Shown here piece by piece: positions 14,621 to 31,227 of a stretch of 64,000 nucleotides of DNA. Source of the stretch: the human T2T-CHM13v2.0 reference genome, Homo sapiens. The stretch is from the NCBI RefSeq assembly GCF_009914755.1, contig NC_060925.1; one strand, written 5' to 3'. A program made the position numbers and the translations under genes. Every line of letters starts with the position of its first letter. Position 1 is the first letter of the stretch. Under the pieces are notes generated by a model. It had not been told where the DNA came from, made no database searches, and saw only the letters and a list, made by a program, of their open reading frames with translations.

Positions 14621-14948
14621 ATATTTTAAATTCAATAAAAAGTTTTAGGTAAGTCTAGTGTGTGTGCTTAACCTGCTTTTTAAATAACATGATGATGCTG
14701 GCTTCAACTGGCCAAACTTAGTTAAATTTAGCAGTTAATAACCATCAAACAGTCTCACACTAATCAAATTCAGATCGAGGAAGACATTTTTTTTCCCCCT
14801 GGTTCACAGTATTTTCTATTCATGAGTAGGAAACAGGATGTGATGAAAATGTATCATTTTAGAGTCAGGCCTAAATGCAAATCAAACTACTTGGCTTGGG
14901 CCTCAATTTCCTCACACATAATTTGAGGGGTAGAGAGAAGAGGTTTAA

Positions 14949-15160
14949 AGGTAAATTGTGCCCTCTCCCACCAAATTCATGTTGAAGTGGTCACCCCCAG
15001 CACCTTAGAGTATGAAGTTATTTGGAGATAGGGTCTTCATAGAGGTTAAAGTGAGGGCATTAGGGCGGGCTGTAACCCCATATGACTGGTGTCCCTATAA
15101 AATGGGGGAATTTGGTCACAGAGATATATAGAGAGGTGAGATTACACAAAGATACAGGAA
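14949..15160 (+). mobile_element. MaLR LTR fragment (MLT1A/B-like)
   Basis: aattgtgccc...aaattcatgttgaag...ttatttggagatagggtctt...tatgactggtgtccctataa. Confidence 0.75.
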
Positions 15161-15601
15161 TACTTAATTATGAATGATGTTAAAGGGTCATTGATCAAGT
15201 AATGATAAAATAATTTTAATTATGAAGACTATTAGAACATAGAAGATCATATGTATATATACCTAATAACTGAAAGAAAATCAACATGAGTAAAAAGAAA
15301 TATGCCAAAATGGCAATAGTATTTATGGTAGATTATGAGTGATGTTCCCTGTCTTTTCCAAATCTTAGGTGGTATAGTTTAAAGCATCAATAATGATAAA
15401 TTAATTTACCTTTAGAAAAAAAGCAACATTTTTATGCTAGTGTCAAAAATGACTTGGGTTTTTGAGACCCTGCCTCAAAAGAAAAAAAAAAGTTTCACTT
15501 CAGGAAAGGCCAAATTTAAAAACTGGTCTGGGTGGTTCAGGGAGGGACAGTATAGGTGAATGTAGTGTGAAGTATTTATCAAGAAGGACTGTCCCTGGGC
15601 A

Positions 15602-15704
15602 GGCAGGTGCAGTAGCTCACACTTGTAATCCCAGCACTTTGGGAGGCTGAGGTGGATAGATTGCTTGAGGTCAAGAGTTTGAGGCCAGACTGGCCAACAT
15701 AGTG
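15602..15704 (+). mobile_element. Alu left-monomer fragment
   Basis: ggcaggtgcagtagctcacacttgtaatcccagcactttggg...ccaacatagtgaga. Confidence 0.85.
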
Positions 15705-16306
<602 letters not shown>

Positions 16307-18308
16307 TTACTTCAATCCTCCAGTTTTGATGAACTAGATTTTGAGTTCTTTGAGCTGAATCAGAATTGATAGAATCGTATCTTTTAACTTCATAGCTATA
16401 GCAACCTGGCATACAGTAGGCAGTTGATACACGTATAATTAAGTGGGTGAATGAATGCACTAATGAATGCAGTTGCTTTGGGTCTTGTAAGAAAACCACT
16501 GGCTTTCAGGTCAGACATCTTTACTAGAATGGTTATATGTATGTACCTCCATGGATCATTTCCCTTTTCTGCTCAAAGACATATAACATTGTCAAGTCCA
16601 CATTTTATAGACATGCTGGTGAAGCTGACAGAGGAAAGATAGCTTCTGAAACCAACTTTCGAGGGTTTTGAAATCTAAACCCTCACTGTATGGAGAAACC
16701 TTATACTTCCTCCATCGATCTCATAGTCCTTCTTCTCTGCAAGTCCCCGGGGCGCTTTTCCAACCCCATATTGCTCTGCGCTGCAGCCAAAGCCCAGTTT
16801 CTTGCCTCAAAAGGCCCTTTGTTTGGGCTCTCTTTCCAAATCAGCGTATCCTGAGCTTGAACCCCCTTGCTTTTGAGAACTCTGATGCCTTGGCAGCAGA
16901 AGGCTTTGCCAGCAGGTTTGTGGTCCTTAACAGCTTTCAGAAACCTCAATGTGAGGGCATGTCTATAGCTAAGAAACTCTTTTCACGGGAGGGAGGAGAG
17001 GGAGTATTATTTTAAGAGTTGCAAAAACAACTTCAGATTGACTCTTTGGTCTTTCATTGCTACCAGAAGACTGAGAACTTCTTGTTCTCTGGTATTTAAT
17101 TAAGATGATAGTTTTAATCAACTTGAAATGATATTGGTTAATACGCTCTGCTCAATCTCTCAGGTAGGTTTCATCTCCCAACACTGGAATGCATTAAAGA
17201 CAAATTTCCAGCATCTTCCTTTCCAACTGGAAAACACATGCTTTAGTAAGCACAAATGGAAAGGTAGCTCCATCTGTGCAGCTGCCATATGATTCTCTGG
17301 CAGGACTCCAAGGTAACTTTTCAAAGATCAGATAAACTATGTCTAATCCATACTTTGTACTTACACATTTTATAAACCCAGGTAGCACTCTCTTATGCAT
17401 TTATTTGTTCCAAAGCTTGCCAATTATTTATGACAGATAACAGTTTCTAAACACTTAAGGGTCAGGGTATATTCATGTCAAAGAGCCCACTGTCTGTGAG
17501 GTATTTTTTTCTCTCCGGACACCTGTAAAGTAGAAATCATTGTCTCCATTTTACAGGTGAGGAAACTGAAGTTTACTACAACACTTGATCCAGGTTATAA
17601 GCCACCAAGTGATGGGGCCAGGATCGGAACCCAGAACTGTCTGGCCCTAAGACATATCCTGTTTCCACTGTGTTCCAATGTCTCCTAAACTTCAAAACTT
17701 TGATTCTGGGTTAAAATTGTGGTAACTCGTGGTGGTGAAACTCTTCATCTTTCCTCCTATTTGTACCTTGTAACAGGGTTAATTCAACACAGTCAAGACC
17801 TCCAACTATCAGGCACTGTCCTAGAGTCTTTTATACTTGATGACCTCTGCAGTTCTGAAAGACCATTTAATTCAACTGCCTCATTATTTAGGGAAGAAAA
17901 TTTAAACCAACAGAGTTCAAGTGACTTGTTTAAGGTCACTAACTAGTGCCAGAGCTGGAATGGCTTGAGATTAGGAGGTGAAATTACCTCAGGTTGGAGT
18001 AGTGAGGGGGTAGGGTGAGCAGAAACCAGCTTAAAGAATGGAAACTCTTCGTATAGGCAGAGAAGAAGGAGCGGGTGCGTTAGCAGAGGAAAGAGCATAA
18101 ATAAAGGCTGGAATACAGATTTCTGTGTGTTGCTTCCAGGAAGCAAGGAGACTAATATGGATAAAGGTAGTTATCAATGAGAATACCTGTGCATTCAAAA
18201 TAAGGATAGCAGAACCAAAAACTGTGAACAATAGATGCCTCTGGGGAGTGGAATTTAGAGGAACAGTAAGCAAGGGGCTATTCCTTTTAAACATAATCAT
18301 ATGGTTAA

Positions 18309-18436
<128 letters not shown>

Positions 18437-19371
18437 TGAATTTTTTTTTTTTTTTTTTACACTAAGAATATATTACTGTGCTTTGGCATTTTATGTTAAG
18501 GTACAAATGACTGTAGATTACTGACACATGGGGCTAATATCTGTTTTGCAAAATAACCAAATCCATTGTGTAAAGGGATGCTTTAAACTATGGTATTTAC
18601 TGGATTTGAACTTGAACCTGCACAAGGTAAGAGTTTTGTTTTCTCTATATTTTACTCATTTTCCAAGACAGTTAATATCTCTGAGCCTGGTTTTCCCATC
18701 TGGAAAATGGGGATGAGGAAGGAAGAACTTTTGATGCTTGTCCCCTTCATCTCCTGTATTCTAAGATTATTCTAAAGGATGGTCACTGGTACTGGGCAGA
18801 GCTGAGGCAAAGAAACCATTCTGCTAAAGGGAATTCTTCAGTGCAGTCCCTTCCTTGACAATGGTGCCTAAAAGCATTCTGCTAATTTGCCTGTCCAAAC
18901 AACCGTGATGTTACCACTTTCAGAAGCCTTCCCCCAGAGCCCCTCAAACATAGTGTTAATAATCCCTTCAACTCGGCTACCTCTATACAGAGTATACATT
19001 GTATTTCTAGAACTGCACCTGCCCAACATCTACTCCAGAAGATTCAAGGACTGAAACCTCTCCCCATTCATCATTAGACCTCGACACCCAGCACAGAACC
19101 TGGTGCATTAAAGGTGCTCAATGCATATTTGTGGAAATGACTCATCACCATCATTTATTCAGGTGCTTTTAATTATAAAATTGTTCAGGTGCTTTCAATT
19201 ATAAAATTGATAGATACTATTATTAATGCTACTAATTACCAAAACTGTACCAAACATAGCTGATGCTGGGTTAAAATTATGGGAAGGTTGATTTTATATC
19301 AACATAACCTTTTGAACAATTAGAACTGCCTCCATGGAATAAACTCAGCATCACTGAAAGTATGTGCCACT

Positions 19372-19622
19372 AGATTCAGGGTCTGGTGAGGACTTGCTTT
19401 CTATTTCAAAGATGGCCCCTTCTAGCTGTGTTCTCATATGATGGAAGGGCAGAGGGGCTAAAAAGCTCCCTCAGTCCTGTTTTATAAGGGCACTAATCCC
19501 ATTCACGAGCACTCTGCCCTCATGACCTAATTACCTCTTAAAGCCCCCCCACCTTCCATCACCTTGGTGATTAGGTTTCAGGATATGAATTTTGGCAGAA
19601 CACAGACATTCAGACCATAGCA
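19372..19622 (-). mobile_element. MaLR LTR fragment (MST/MLT1A-like)
   Basis: tctggtgagg...tataaggggcactaatcccattcacgag...cctaattacctc...cattcagaccatagca. Confidence 0.8.
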
Positions 19623-19639
19623 GTTAGTAACAAAGTTAA

Positions 19640-20032
<393 letters not shown>

Positions 20033-20616
20033 CAGAGCCCTCTTTAAGGCAAGAGAGGAGGATGAAAAAAGTAATGCCTTCTAAATACAGCCCTAGCTTT
20101 TAGGGTAGGTTAGAATTTTTTTTTTTTAATAGAAGCTATCATGGTTAGCACAAATTTTGTTTGTTAAACAAGTTCAAAATACTACATGAATGCAAAACTG
20201 AATGTAAAATACCTAGCTGTTCTTAGGTTAGTTACATATTCTCAATTCTCTCAGGTTAGTTAATACTTTATTATTGACCGCTGCAAACTCTAGCAAGTAA
20301 AGGGTTTTTCCATTTCATCACACTGACTTACAGGAAGCAGGCCTTAAGCACCCAGTGTTTAGCTTTATAATTATACTTAATAATAATTCAGCTATTTATA
20401 GAAAAGATAAACTGTACCAGTGGCTACCTCAGGATTGTGGTATTATAGGCAACAAAATTTTTCTTTTTCTTTTTACTTCTTGTTTATATTTTATAAAATA
20501 TCTTTATATACTTTTTTTCAATGAAAATTTTTCAGCACCTATTATGTACAAGGAGTTCAAAATCTATTTAGAAGAGATTTCAGAGAGGAGGCAGGCAGGA
20601 TTTGAAGTGACTATCA

Positions 20617-20948
<332 letters not shown>

Positions 20949-23900
20949 AGGAAGTAAATAGCACATACCAAGCAAAGAGAAAGAATGGCATGGTAGAAAA
21001 GGACCTGGAAAAGCCCCAGAGTGGAGATGTCTGGGAGAAGGGTGTGAAGGGGTTGGGAGAGAGTGGGGTAATGGGGATGAGAAGCAAGAAATTGAAAGGT
21101 TTGGTTAGGGTTAGATTCTGAAGAGTCTCAAATATGCTGAGAAATGGATTCTGTAGTCAACAAGGGGTCAGAAAGTCCTGTTCTGAAGAGACAGGCCTAT
21201 GTGATCGGGATTGTAGTAGTAACAAATGACCCTGTAGACTCACTGCATAAAGAATACACGGGGGAGGAGAGACTATCAACCTAGAAATAAAATCTGTAAA
21301 GACATTTTTTCAGATCTGGGTAAATGATAGCATGTGCCTAAAATGCAGTCGAAAAAGGAAGAATGGAGAAAAGAGAGCAAATTCAGACACAACAAAAAAA
21401 ATATTCATTGTACAAACAAGAGCTTGCAGTTGCAAAATATTTTTCTATACCTGTGGGATACTATACCATTTGGTCTCAAAAGCTCTGTGAGGTAGGCAGG
21501 GAACAAATCATCATCCCCATTTTATCATTCACAAAATAGAAAACATTTGCCCAAGGTCACTCAGCTAATACAGCAAAGCTGAGACTGGAGGCAAGAACAG
21601 CATCAAGCTATCTCTTAGACTCTATATTTTTAAAATTTCATTTAATTATCAGCTCAGGACACCTGGCCATGTTTTTTCCATCTGTGTGTCCATCTTCTCA
21701 TCTTGTCACCTTCTTCCTTAGGGCAGGTTCCACCTCTTATATTTCTTAGACTTTCCCTCAGCACTTTGTATTTATCTCCACAAATACTGGGAGAGATAGG
21801 CAGTGGACTCACAGGCATGTGCTTATCTGTCATTTTCTGGTAATACAGAAAATGATCAACAGCCCAGGATATACTTTCCCATTGGTCTTGTGGGTGTTTC
21901 CTATTCATCCTTGGTCCACAGTGGAGGAAGAGCCCTTGCTATGATTCCTATGGTTTGAGGGGCCTCTTGCCAGCTGCTTTCCTGCTCTGCATTCTAAGTG
22001 TGTAGGATCTGTACAAAATGGACCTACTCTAAGTCCTATTTAACTTTTCCATGGGTCTGTGTTTGTCAAAGCTTCATGCCAACTCTGTCAGAAAAAGAAA
22101 TGCCACAAAACTTCTTTTAGGAAAGGGAGAAAAGACCTACTTTATACACTTGCTTTCATGCTAATCACACCACCATTCAAATCCCAACTGAATAGGGGCC
22201 CTACAATAGCCTGGGAAATACACGGAGCGTTTTCCAAAGTGCAGGCTCCTTCACTCAAAATGTTTCATTTCCCTGGCTTTTTAACACCTTTGGAGAAGAC
22301 TGATAAGAAGAATTAACAATACAATCTGATATTGCTGTCTCTCTGCAGAAAAGATATTCCATTTCTGTAGAAAATTGGCCAAGTATTCTCCTACCATGGC
22401 TCCTGACCTTTTCTTCTAAGGCTCTACAGAACTGGAACTGAGATTCTCTCTGATATATTTTCAGTAAAAGTGGATAGATGGCCCAAGTGACCAGCTCAAA
22501 GCAGATTCTAGCAGAGCATTTTCCCTGAAATGTTAGTAAATGACCTCTGCTACTGATTAGCTGAATTATTAACAGTGTGTCACCAACCCATCAATGAGGA
22601 TTGCTATAGACATTGCTGACCAAGTTCTGAGAAAAACAGAATGAACTTCAACCTCCACCTTCATAGTGTTGTTGTGAAATCCAAGTGAGTTAATAACGTA
22701 TGAAAAGCCCCTAGCTCACTGCCTGCCACATATTAAGTATTCAGTAAAGTTCATGCCTCTCTCTTCCAGTGTAAAGGTTTGGAGTTCACGTCTATCCTCT
22801 ACGGATTTACAAAGAAACAGGAAATACTGAAATGGACAAAAGACTTTAAACTTCAAGTCAAATCTGAACACTTTACAAGGTGTGATAATTTCATTTTTAA
22901 ATTTTCTGACTTGCTTGCTTTCTTCATATGCTCATTATTGAAACTAATAGTGAAAATTCAAATTGCAATCTTAATTCTTGGAGGAAAGAGCATAGGTGTT
23001 GGTTGGGTCATAGCCTACAAGCTCCACCATTTTCTAGTCCCAAGATCCTGAGCAAGCCCCTCAATCTCTCTGCACAACGACTGTCTCATCTATAAAACCA
23101 GTTAGAGGAATACCTCCCCTTCAGGCTTGTATGATTTGATGAGATTCGTGGATGTGTCTGACTATACTGTCAATGCTCAAAAAGGTTAGTTTCCCAGCTT
23201 TGTTCCAACTGACATGTGAACAATGATATTTTGCATGTGGTGGTACTGATGTTTTGTTTGCTTTGAGGGGCTAGGTAACTGGAGATCTACAATGAGAAAA
23301 ATTAATTGAGGCAAGAAAGAATATATAAATTCAAACTCTCAGATGCAAACGTTATCATTTGGTAGAATTGTTCAGTAAAAGGGATTATTAATTAATAATA
23401 AATCCTTGGATTTCACAGCTAGGGCAAGCACAGCTGCAACAACAAATTTATGGCAAAATCATAAGTAAAGGTCCCTCAACTCCATTAATAGCCTTAGGAA
23501 AATTAAACCTAAAATCAAGACAGCTTATTATTCCCCTCGAATTGAAAGCCCTGTATTTTGAATGCTTTGACTCAAGAAGTATATTTTAATTTCCCAGCCA
23601 GTCCCTAGGAATTCTGCTTTCATATAACATCTATAGAGCTGACCTTTCAAAGCAATCAGTCACAAAGGTGAGTGCAGCCCAAAATCCCTCCTGCGGTGTC
23701 ACTGGAGCTGCTACTCTCCAGACAGATTTAAATGACAAACCCAATAAACAAAAGATTCTCCAGTAAGTTGGTAACAACTTTGGAAATATTTTTAAAATCT
23801 CAGCTTGCTGGAAGTTCCTCTCTCTGATCATATGTGTGTGCACTTGCTTCCAAGGAAGACACTGTGCTTCTAATGAAAACATCCATTAAGGCTAAGATGA

Positions 23901-24155
23901 CAGCAAGACAAATGTAACAATGAGAAATAATGGATTAAGCCATTCTTCTCTATAAACCTACTGAGGCCAAATTGACCCAAACAGCTACTTTGGGAGAGTG
24001 TCTAATGAAATCTGCTGTGTGGCTGAGACGCATTCTGCCACTTCCTGTCAGTGGTTGCTAACTTAACAACAATGTGGGTCATTTGTGGGGAAGAGGCTAC
24101 TGGTAGAAGTTCCATGTACTGCATTTAATGAAGGAGCTGCATCCGCAGCCACTAA

Positions 24156-24729
<574 letters not shown>

Positions 24730-25174
24730 TAGTTAATTCTTGCCCCTCTATGACACATCTAGAAGACATCTGTACTTACCAAGTAAACTATATTTCACAT
24801 CGTTTATTTTTGCTAATCCAAGCACAAAAAGTGTCTCATCTCATCATTAGCAGAAATAAACAAGACCAGAGTGAACTGACAGCAGTCATTCACATCACAA
24901 ACACAGCATGCTGATACTTTGACTAGTCTAGGCAGAGGCTGATGCTGTGAGTTAGGCTTGACAAGTTAATCACTGGTGAAAGTTCAGTATGCCTAGATAT
25001 TTCTGAAGTACTGAAAATAGCAGAGGATGCCCCATGATTGACCTAACAGACCTTCACAGGTCCAGAGAACCACTAGTCCAACTCATTTTGGACGACGCTT
25101 CAGGGGTTGCCAATGCGAAAGCCAGCATGGAGTAGTGGAGAAAAGCATGGGATTCAGAAACACGTGGAGAATAT

Positions 25175-25590
25175 AGGCAGTAGGGCCTAGTAGTTAAGAA
25201 TGACCTCACCAGGCAGACGTCTGACCCCACCTCTCAAACTCACTCACTGCACCACCTTTGGTAAGTTATTTTTAACCTCTCTTACCTCCGTTCTGTAAAA
25301 TGGAGACAATAGTAACAAGTACTTTATAGGCTCATTGGGAGGATTAAATAAGAGAATGTATACACGCTGCTTAACCTGGTGAGAGGTACCTAGCTAGCAC
25401 TCAATAAATGTCAGCAATCGTCATTATTTAGTCAAGCTTGAGTCCAAATTCCAGCCCCGATACATATCAGCTGTAAGAACTTGGGCAAATCATTTACCCT
25501 CTCTGAGCTGCAAAACCAGGTTTGAAACATTTCCCTTATTCTGTTATTAAAAAGGTTAAGTGAGATATCATGTGAAGCACCTAACAATAA
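25175..25590 (+). mobile_element. Two adjacent MIR copies
   Basis: acctttggtaagttatttttaacctctc...ctgtaaaatgg...cactcaataaatg, then cttgggcaaatcatttaccctctctgagc. Confidence 0.7.
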
Positions 25591-26208
25591 ATGGGGATCC
25601 CTTTTCCTCACCCTTTTGTAATATTTGAGGTTTAATTTTCACATACTTACAACTTGATTTTTTAGTGCATTTATAGCTCAACTCATTATTCAGGATTTGT
25701 ATTTGTGTCTTATATTCTTTAATATTTCTTGGCATCCAGCACATGAGTCTAAAAGATACATGGTAATTTTAGTTCCTAAGATGACAACTACACATACACA
25801 GCCATATATCCAGAGGTGGGGAAAAGGGTGAAAAATCAGCCTCATCAGGAACTGAAAATAGATGGGTTTCTATTTCATGCCTTTAAAATATTGTAAAGCA
25901 GATCCCAGGGATATATAGGTTTTACTATTTGCATGTTTAACTGTTTTCAAAGTACTCTGAAGATCCATTCTTTGTTCTGCTGAGACAAGAGTCTGTACGT
26001 CACAGTCACAGCCTGCTTTGTGGAAGTGCTACTCAGTGGGTGAGCGGGTCTAGCTGACCACCCAGCATCGATTTCCCAGTCAGCTTATTGTTCTCTGCTC
26101 ACTCATCTTAAACCCAGTGGCACCACTAAACTGATTCAAAACGTGTTTCTTTGTGAAAAATCCCTCTAAAAACAAAGTGACGCTTTAGTGGTTTTATGAA
26201 TATGTTAA

Positions 26209-26588
<380 letters not shown>

Positions 26589-26590
26589 CT

Positions 26591-27215
26591 AAAATGATGC
26601 AGCCTCAACGGAAAACAGTTTGGCAGTTCCTCAAAAAGGTAAACATGGAGTTACTATATGATCCAGGAATTCCACTCCTAGGTATACAGACCCAAGAGAA
26701 CTGAAAGCATTTATATGGATATTCATAGCAGCACTATTCATAATGGCCAAAAAGTGGAAATCACCCAAATGTTCATCAAGTGGTGAAGGTAAAAATGAAA
26801 TGTGTTATGTCTACATAATGGAATATTATTTGACAATAAAAAGAAATGAAGGATACATGCTGCAATATGAATGAACCTTAAAAACCGTACGCCAAGTGGA
26901 AGAAGCCAGTCACGAAAGACCACATATTATATGATTATACTTACATGAAATATTCAGAACAGGCAAATCTATGGAGAAAGAAATTGGATTCGTGGTTGCC
27001 ATGAGATGTGGGAAGGTGGAGGAAAAATGGGGAGTGACTGGTAGTGGGTATCGTTTCTTTTTGCAGTGATGAAATGTTCTAAAATTGGTTGTGGTGATAG
27101 TTTACCTAACCGTGAAGATACTAAAAACCAAAAAAAAAGAAAAGATACTAAAAACCAATGAATCGTGTGCTTTAAAGAAATGAATTGCATAGTATGTGAA
27201 TATCTCAATAAAGCT
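26591..27215 (+). mobile_element. L1M (L1MB-like) 3' fragment
   Basis: ggaaaacagtttggcagttcctcaaaaa...cagcactattcataatggccaaaaagtgg...tatctcaataaagct. Confidence 0.88.
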
Positions 27216-27500
27216 CTTTGAATAAAATACCATTGCAACCCAGGAAAAACCCTTTCTCTAAGCCAAGAGGATTTATAGCCCACTTATTTTAAGGGGCATT
27301 TGAGAAACTTAAAAAGTCCAGAACAAAAGAATATAACTCACAGCCTCATCTTCATAATAAGGCTATGCACATAAAAAAGCATTTACTAATAGATTTCATA
27401 AATCTCCTATAAATCCTGCATTTAAAGTGTTTCTGGAAGGAGTGGCCTCACCATAGTTCAGAGGCTCCCAACCTGGAGTTCAGGAAGTACCTGTCATATC

Positions 27501-27800
27501 TTTCTTTTTCTTTTCTTTTTGAGACGAGTCTCGCTCTGTCGCCCAGGCTGGAGTGCAGTGGCGTGATCTCGGCTTACTGCAACCTCCGCCTCCCGGGTTC
27601 AAGCAATTCTCTGCCTCAGCCTCCCGAGTGGCTGGGACTACAGGTGCCCACCACCATGCCTGGCTAATTTTTTTGTATTTTTAGTAGAGATGGGGTTTCA
27701 CCATCTTGGCCAGGCTGGTCTTGAACTCCTGACCTTGTGATCCACCCCACTCGGCCTCCCCAAGTGCTGGGATTACAGGCGTGAGCCACCGCGCCCGGCC
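27501..27800 (-). mobile_element. Alu (AluS)
   Basis: Full antisense dimer; TSD CTGTCAT(A/G)TCTTTCT. Confidence 0.93.
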
Positions 27801-28048
27801 CTGTCATGTCTTTCTTATCCAGCCCTCTCTGCTCCCACCACAGTACCCTCGGTTCAGCTTGCACTTGCCACCCCACTGGTCTTTAGCTCCTCTGCCTCCC
27901 ATTTGCCTACCCTCAAATCCAGTCATCTCTCCCAAACCCAAATAAGATTAAATTAATTCCCTCCTCCAATCTTTTCATGAATATGTTCATTCCAAAGGTC
28001 TTTTATAAAACTATTGTATTTTTCTTACATACTGTAACTAGCCTTTAG

Positions 28049-28347
28049 TTTTTTGTTTTTGTTTTTTTGAGATGTAGTCTCACACTGTCACCCGGGCTGG
28101 AGTGCAATGGCTCTCTCAGCTCACTGCAACCTCTGCCTCCCAGGTTCAAGTGATTCTCCTGCCTCAGCCTCCTGATTAGCTGGGATTACAGGCGCCTGCC
28201 ACCACACCTGGCTAATTTTTTGTATTTTTGTTAGAGACGGGGTTTCACTATGTTGGCCAGGCTGGTCTCAAACTCCTGACCTCGTGATCTGCCTGCCTCA
28301 TCCTCCCAAAGTGCTGGGATTACAGGTGTGAGCCACTGCACCCAGCC
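28049..28347 (-). mobile_element. Alu (AluS)
   Basis: Full antisense dimer; TSD GCCTTTAG. Confidence 0.93.
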
Positions 28348-28363
28348 GCCTTTAGATATTTCT

Positions 28364-28457
28364 AAAATGGTGCAGCCACTATGAAAAACAGTTTGGCAGT
28401 TCCTCAAAAAGGTAAATGTGGAGTTACCATAGGACCCAGCAATTTCACTCCTAGGTA
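28364..28457 (+). mobile_element. Short L1M fragment paralogous to 26591-26684
   Basis: 89/101 ungapped identity between 26584-26684 and 28357-28457. Confidence 0.85.
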
Positions 28458-28519
28458 GTAGGTTTCTCTATGAAATCTTCCAAGATAAAAATAAAAAGAA
28501 AAACAAAAAGAAAACTTTA

Positions 28520-28995
28520 TTTGCTCTCCTCGTTCACCAAAATAAAACTCAAATTCCTTAGCTGCCTGCCATACCCAGTCCCCTTTCATAATCTAGCTCT
28601 AACCTATCTCTCCAGCCTCATCTCCAATGTCCTCCTTTCTTCCCCCGCACAGTGCAAACACACAATATTGACATTCCAGCCTCCAGCTACTCACTCTTCC
28701 CAAATAGGTCCCTGCTTCCAAGTCTCAGCACCTGTGCTTCACTCTGCTGCAATACCTTCTCCCCCTTCCTGGCTTGTGAGCTATTATTTATCTTGCAAGA
28801 CCCAGCTCCACACCCTCAGGCAAGCTTCATCACTCTTCACTGTGCTGCTAGAGTAGGCCCTCCCTTAAGGCTCCAAAGTCATCACTTATATAGTGTTTGT
28901 CATTAGGCAAAAGCCTGTTCCACTTTCACCAGCCTGGGAATTCCTTAAGGCCATGGAAACCCTGGGGCCTGGCATATAGTAGGTGCTCAAGAATC
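28520..28995. mobile_element. L2 fragment
   Basis: aaataaaactcaaattccttagc...tctccagcctcatctcc...gcctggcatatagtaggtgctca. Confidence 0.65.
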
Positions 28996-30786
28996 ATCTG
29001 CAGAAGACAAGGCTTATACCTGAAAGACAGGTACAAACATAGGCTTAATAGGCTCTCTAGAAATTATACTGATTGATACCACAAACTAATTTGGGGGCCA
29101 GATATAAAGAAACCATCAATGAGAATGGTTTCCTTCGTGTCAATGTAATAGTGTATTATGTGTTTTAGGGATACATAAACAGGAACCAAAGCACACTACT
29201 TATTATGACAAGGCGCTTACAATGATTTGCATTTCTCTGCAAAACTCTTCAGGCATATAATTTTGTTAATTTGTGACAAACCTCAAAAACACACTTACCA
29301 CCAATACCTTGATTGCAATATATACTTTCAAAGCACACAGAAATCAAGTTCCTTTCAAAGGTTTCCAAAAGAGTCTGAAGTGCGTTGTTTTGTTTGGTTT
29401 GTTTTAAATTTGGGAATTTAAATGCAGATCATAATTTATAATTTAACCCAGACTTAAGGGAAGAATAATTTCACAAGGATGTTCAAGAACCTGACCTAGC
29501 CTTCTTTTGAATGTTGGCACTGACAATGCGTGACCTTGAGAAGTCTGTTTAATCTGAGAATGTTTCATCCTCAGTCACATGGGAATAAGGAGAGTTTGTT
29601 GAGAGGCTTTTAAAAAGCAAAAATAAATAAATAAATAATAAAAAGCAAAAACTTTGAAAACATGGAGTCTCTTTTTTCTCCCCTGAGATACATCATTTGA
29701 AAAAGGTGGCACCTGTTCCAGCTCAAATCATTCAGCAGTGATCTTGGTAATAAGTACTTTCCTGAAAAAATACCAGTTTGAAGAAAAGTAATATTTCAAA
29801 ACACTGCCTAGTCCTTCACATTTGTCCCATGTATCTTTGGCTTCACTCAGCTAACATCCACTGATATGGATTAAAAGTTAAACCTGTTTGTCTTGTTCCT
29901 TTTTCTACTGACGCACGCAAGAGAGAAAGCTCTCCAGGGAACTCTCCTCATGAATAATATCAAATTTCAAACCAACAAGTCCACATCCGAAAAGCAGAAT
30001 GGTAGAAAGGCAAGACCTTGGTTCTAGGTCCTCCTCTTTCACTGTCACTGGACAATTACTAACCAACCAAGACCTCTAGTTCCCATTTGTGAACCAAGGG
30101 CATTGACTAGGATGTGGTGATGATAATGACTGCAGCAACTACCTCTTGAGTGTCTCTATGCACCAGGCACTGTACTAGGCATGTCCCCACCACGTCACAG
30201 TGCACACAGAATCTCATTTCGTAAATGAGGATTTATGAGGCATCACAGAGATCAAGTAAACTTGCTTAAGCTTCTATGGCCAATAATAGTGAGCAGACTC
30301 CAGTCTGACTCCAAAGCCCGTGCTATTCCCCTCACACCTCTCTCCCTTCCCCAGCTCAAAAAGGCCTATTTTTCTAACTGACATTAAAAAATGACCTTGG
30401 TATCGTTGATAATGAAATCTCCAAGGTACTTCCAAATTCTAAAGATTCCATGAATCTAGGCAATGAGGAATTGCTCCAATGGTATTCTCTTTATTATGTC
30501 TACAGAGAAGCTTATTCATCAAGCTTTAAGCTGTTTTGCAATTATTTACATATTACTCTGTCTACTCCACTGCCCAATAATATCCTTAAGACCAAAATAA
30601 ACAAAATGGAAAGAAATGAAAAAGACTGCTTTGATTGCATTAATTGCAATCAATTAATTGCAAATTGAAAAGTGGGGCAGCAAGGTAACCTGACAAGAGC
30701 TCTGGAAAAGTTGGTGACTGCTTTCTAGCTGGGTGCCCTTGTGCAAGTTACTTAACATCTCTGAGCTACAGTTCCCTCTTCTATAA

Positions 30787-31227
<441 letters not shown>

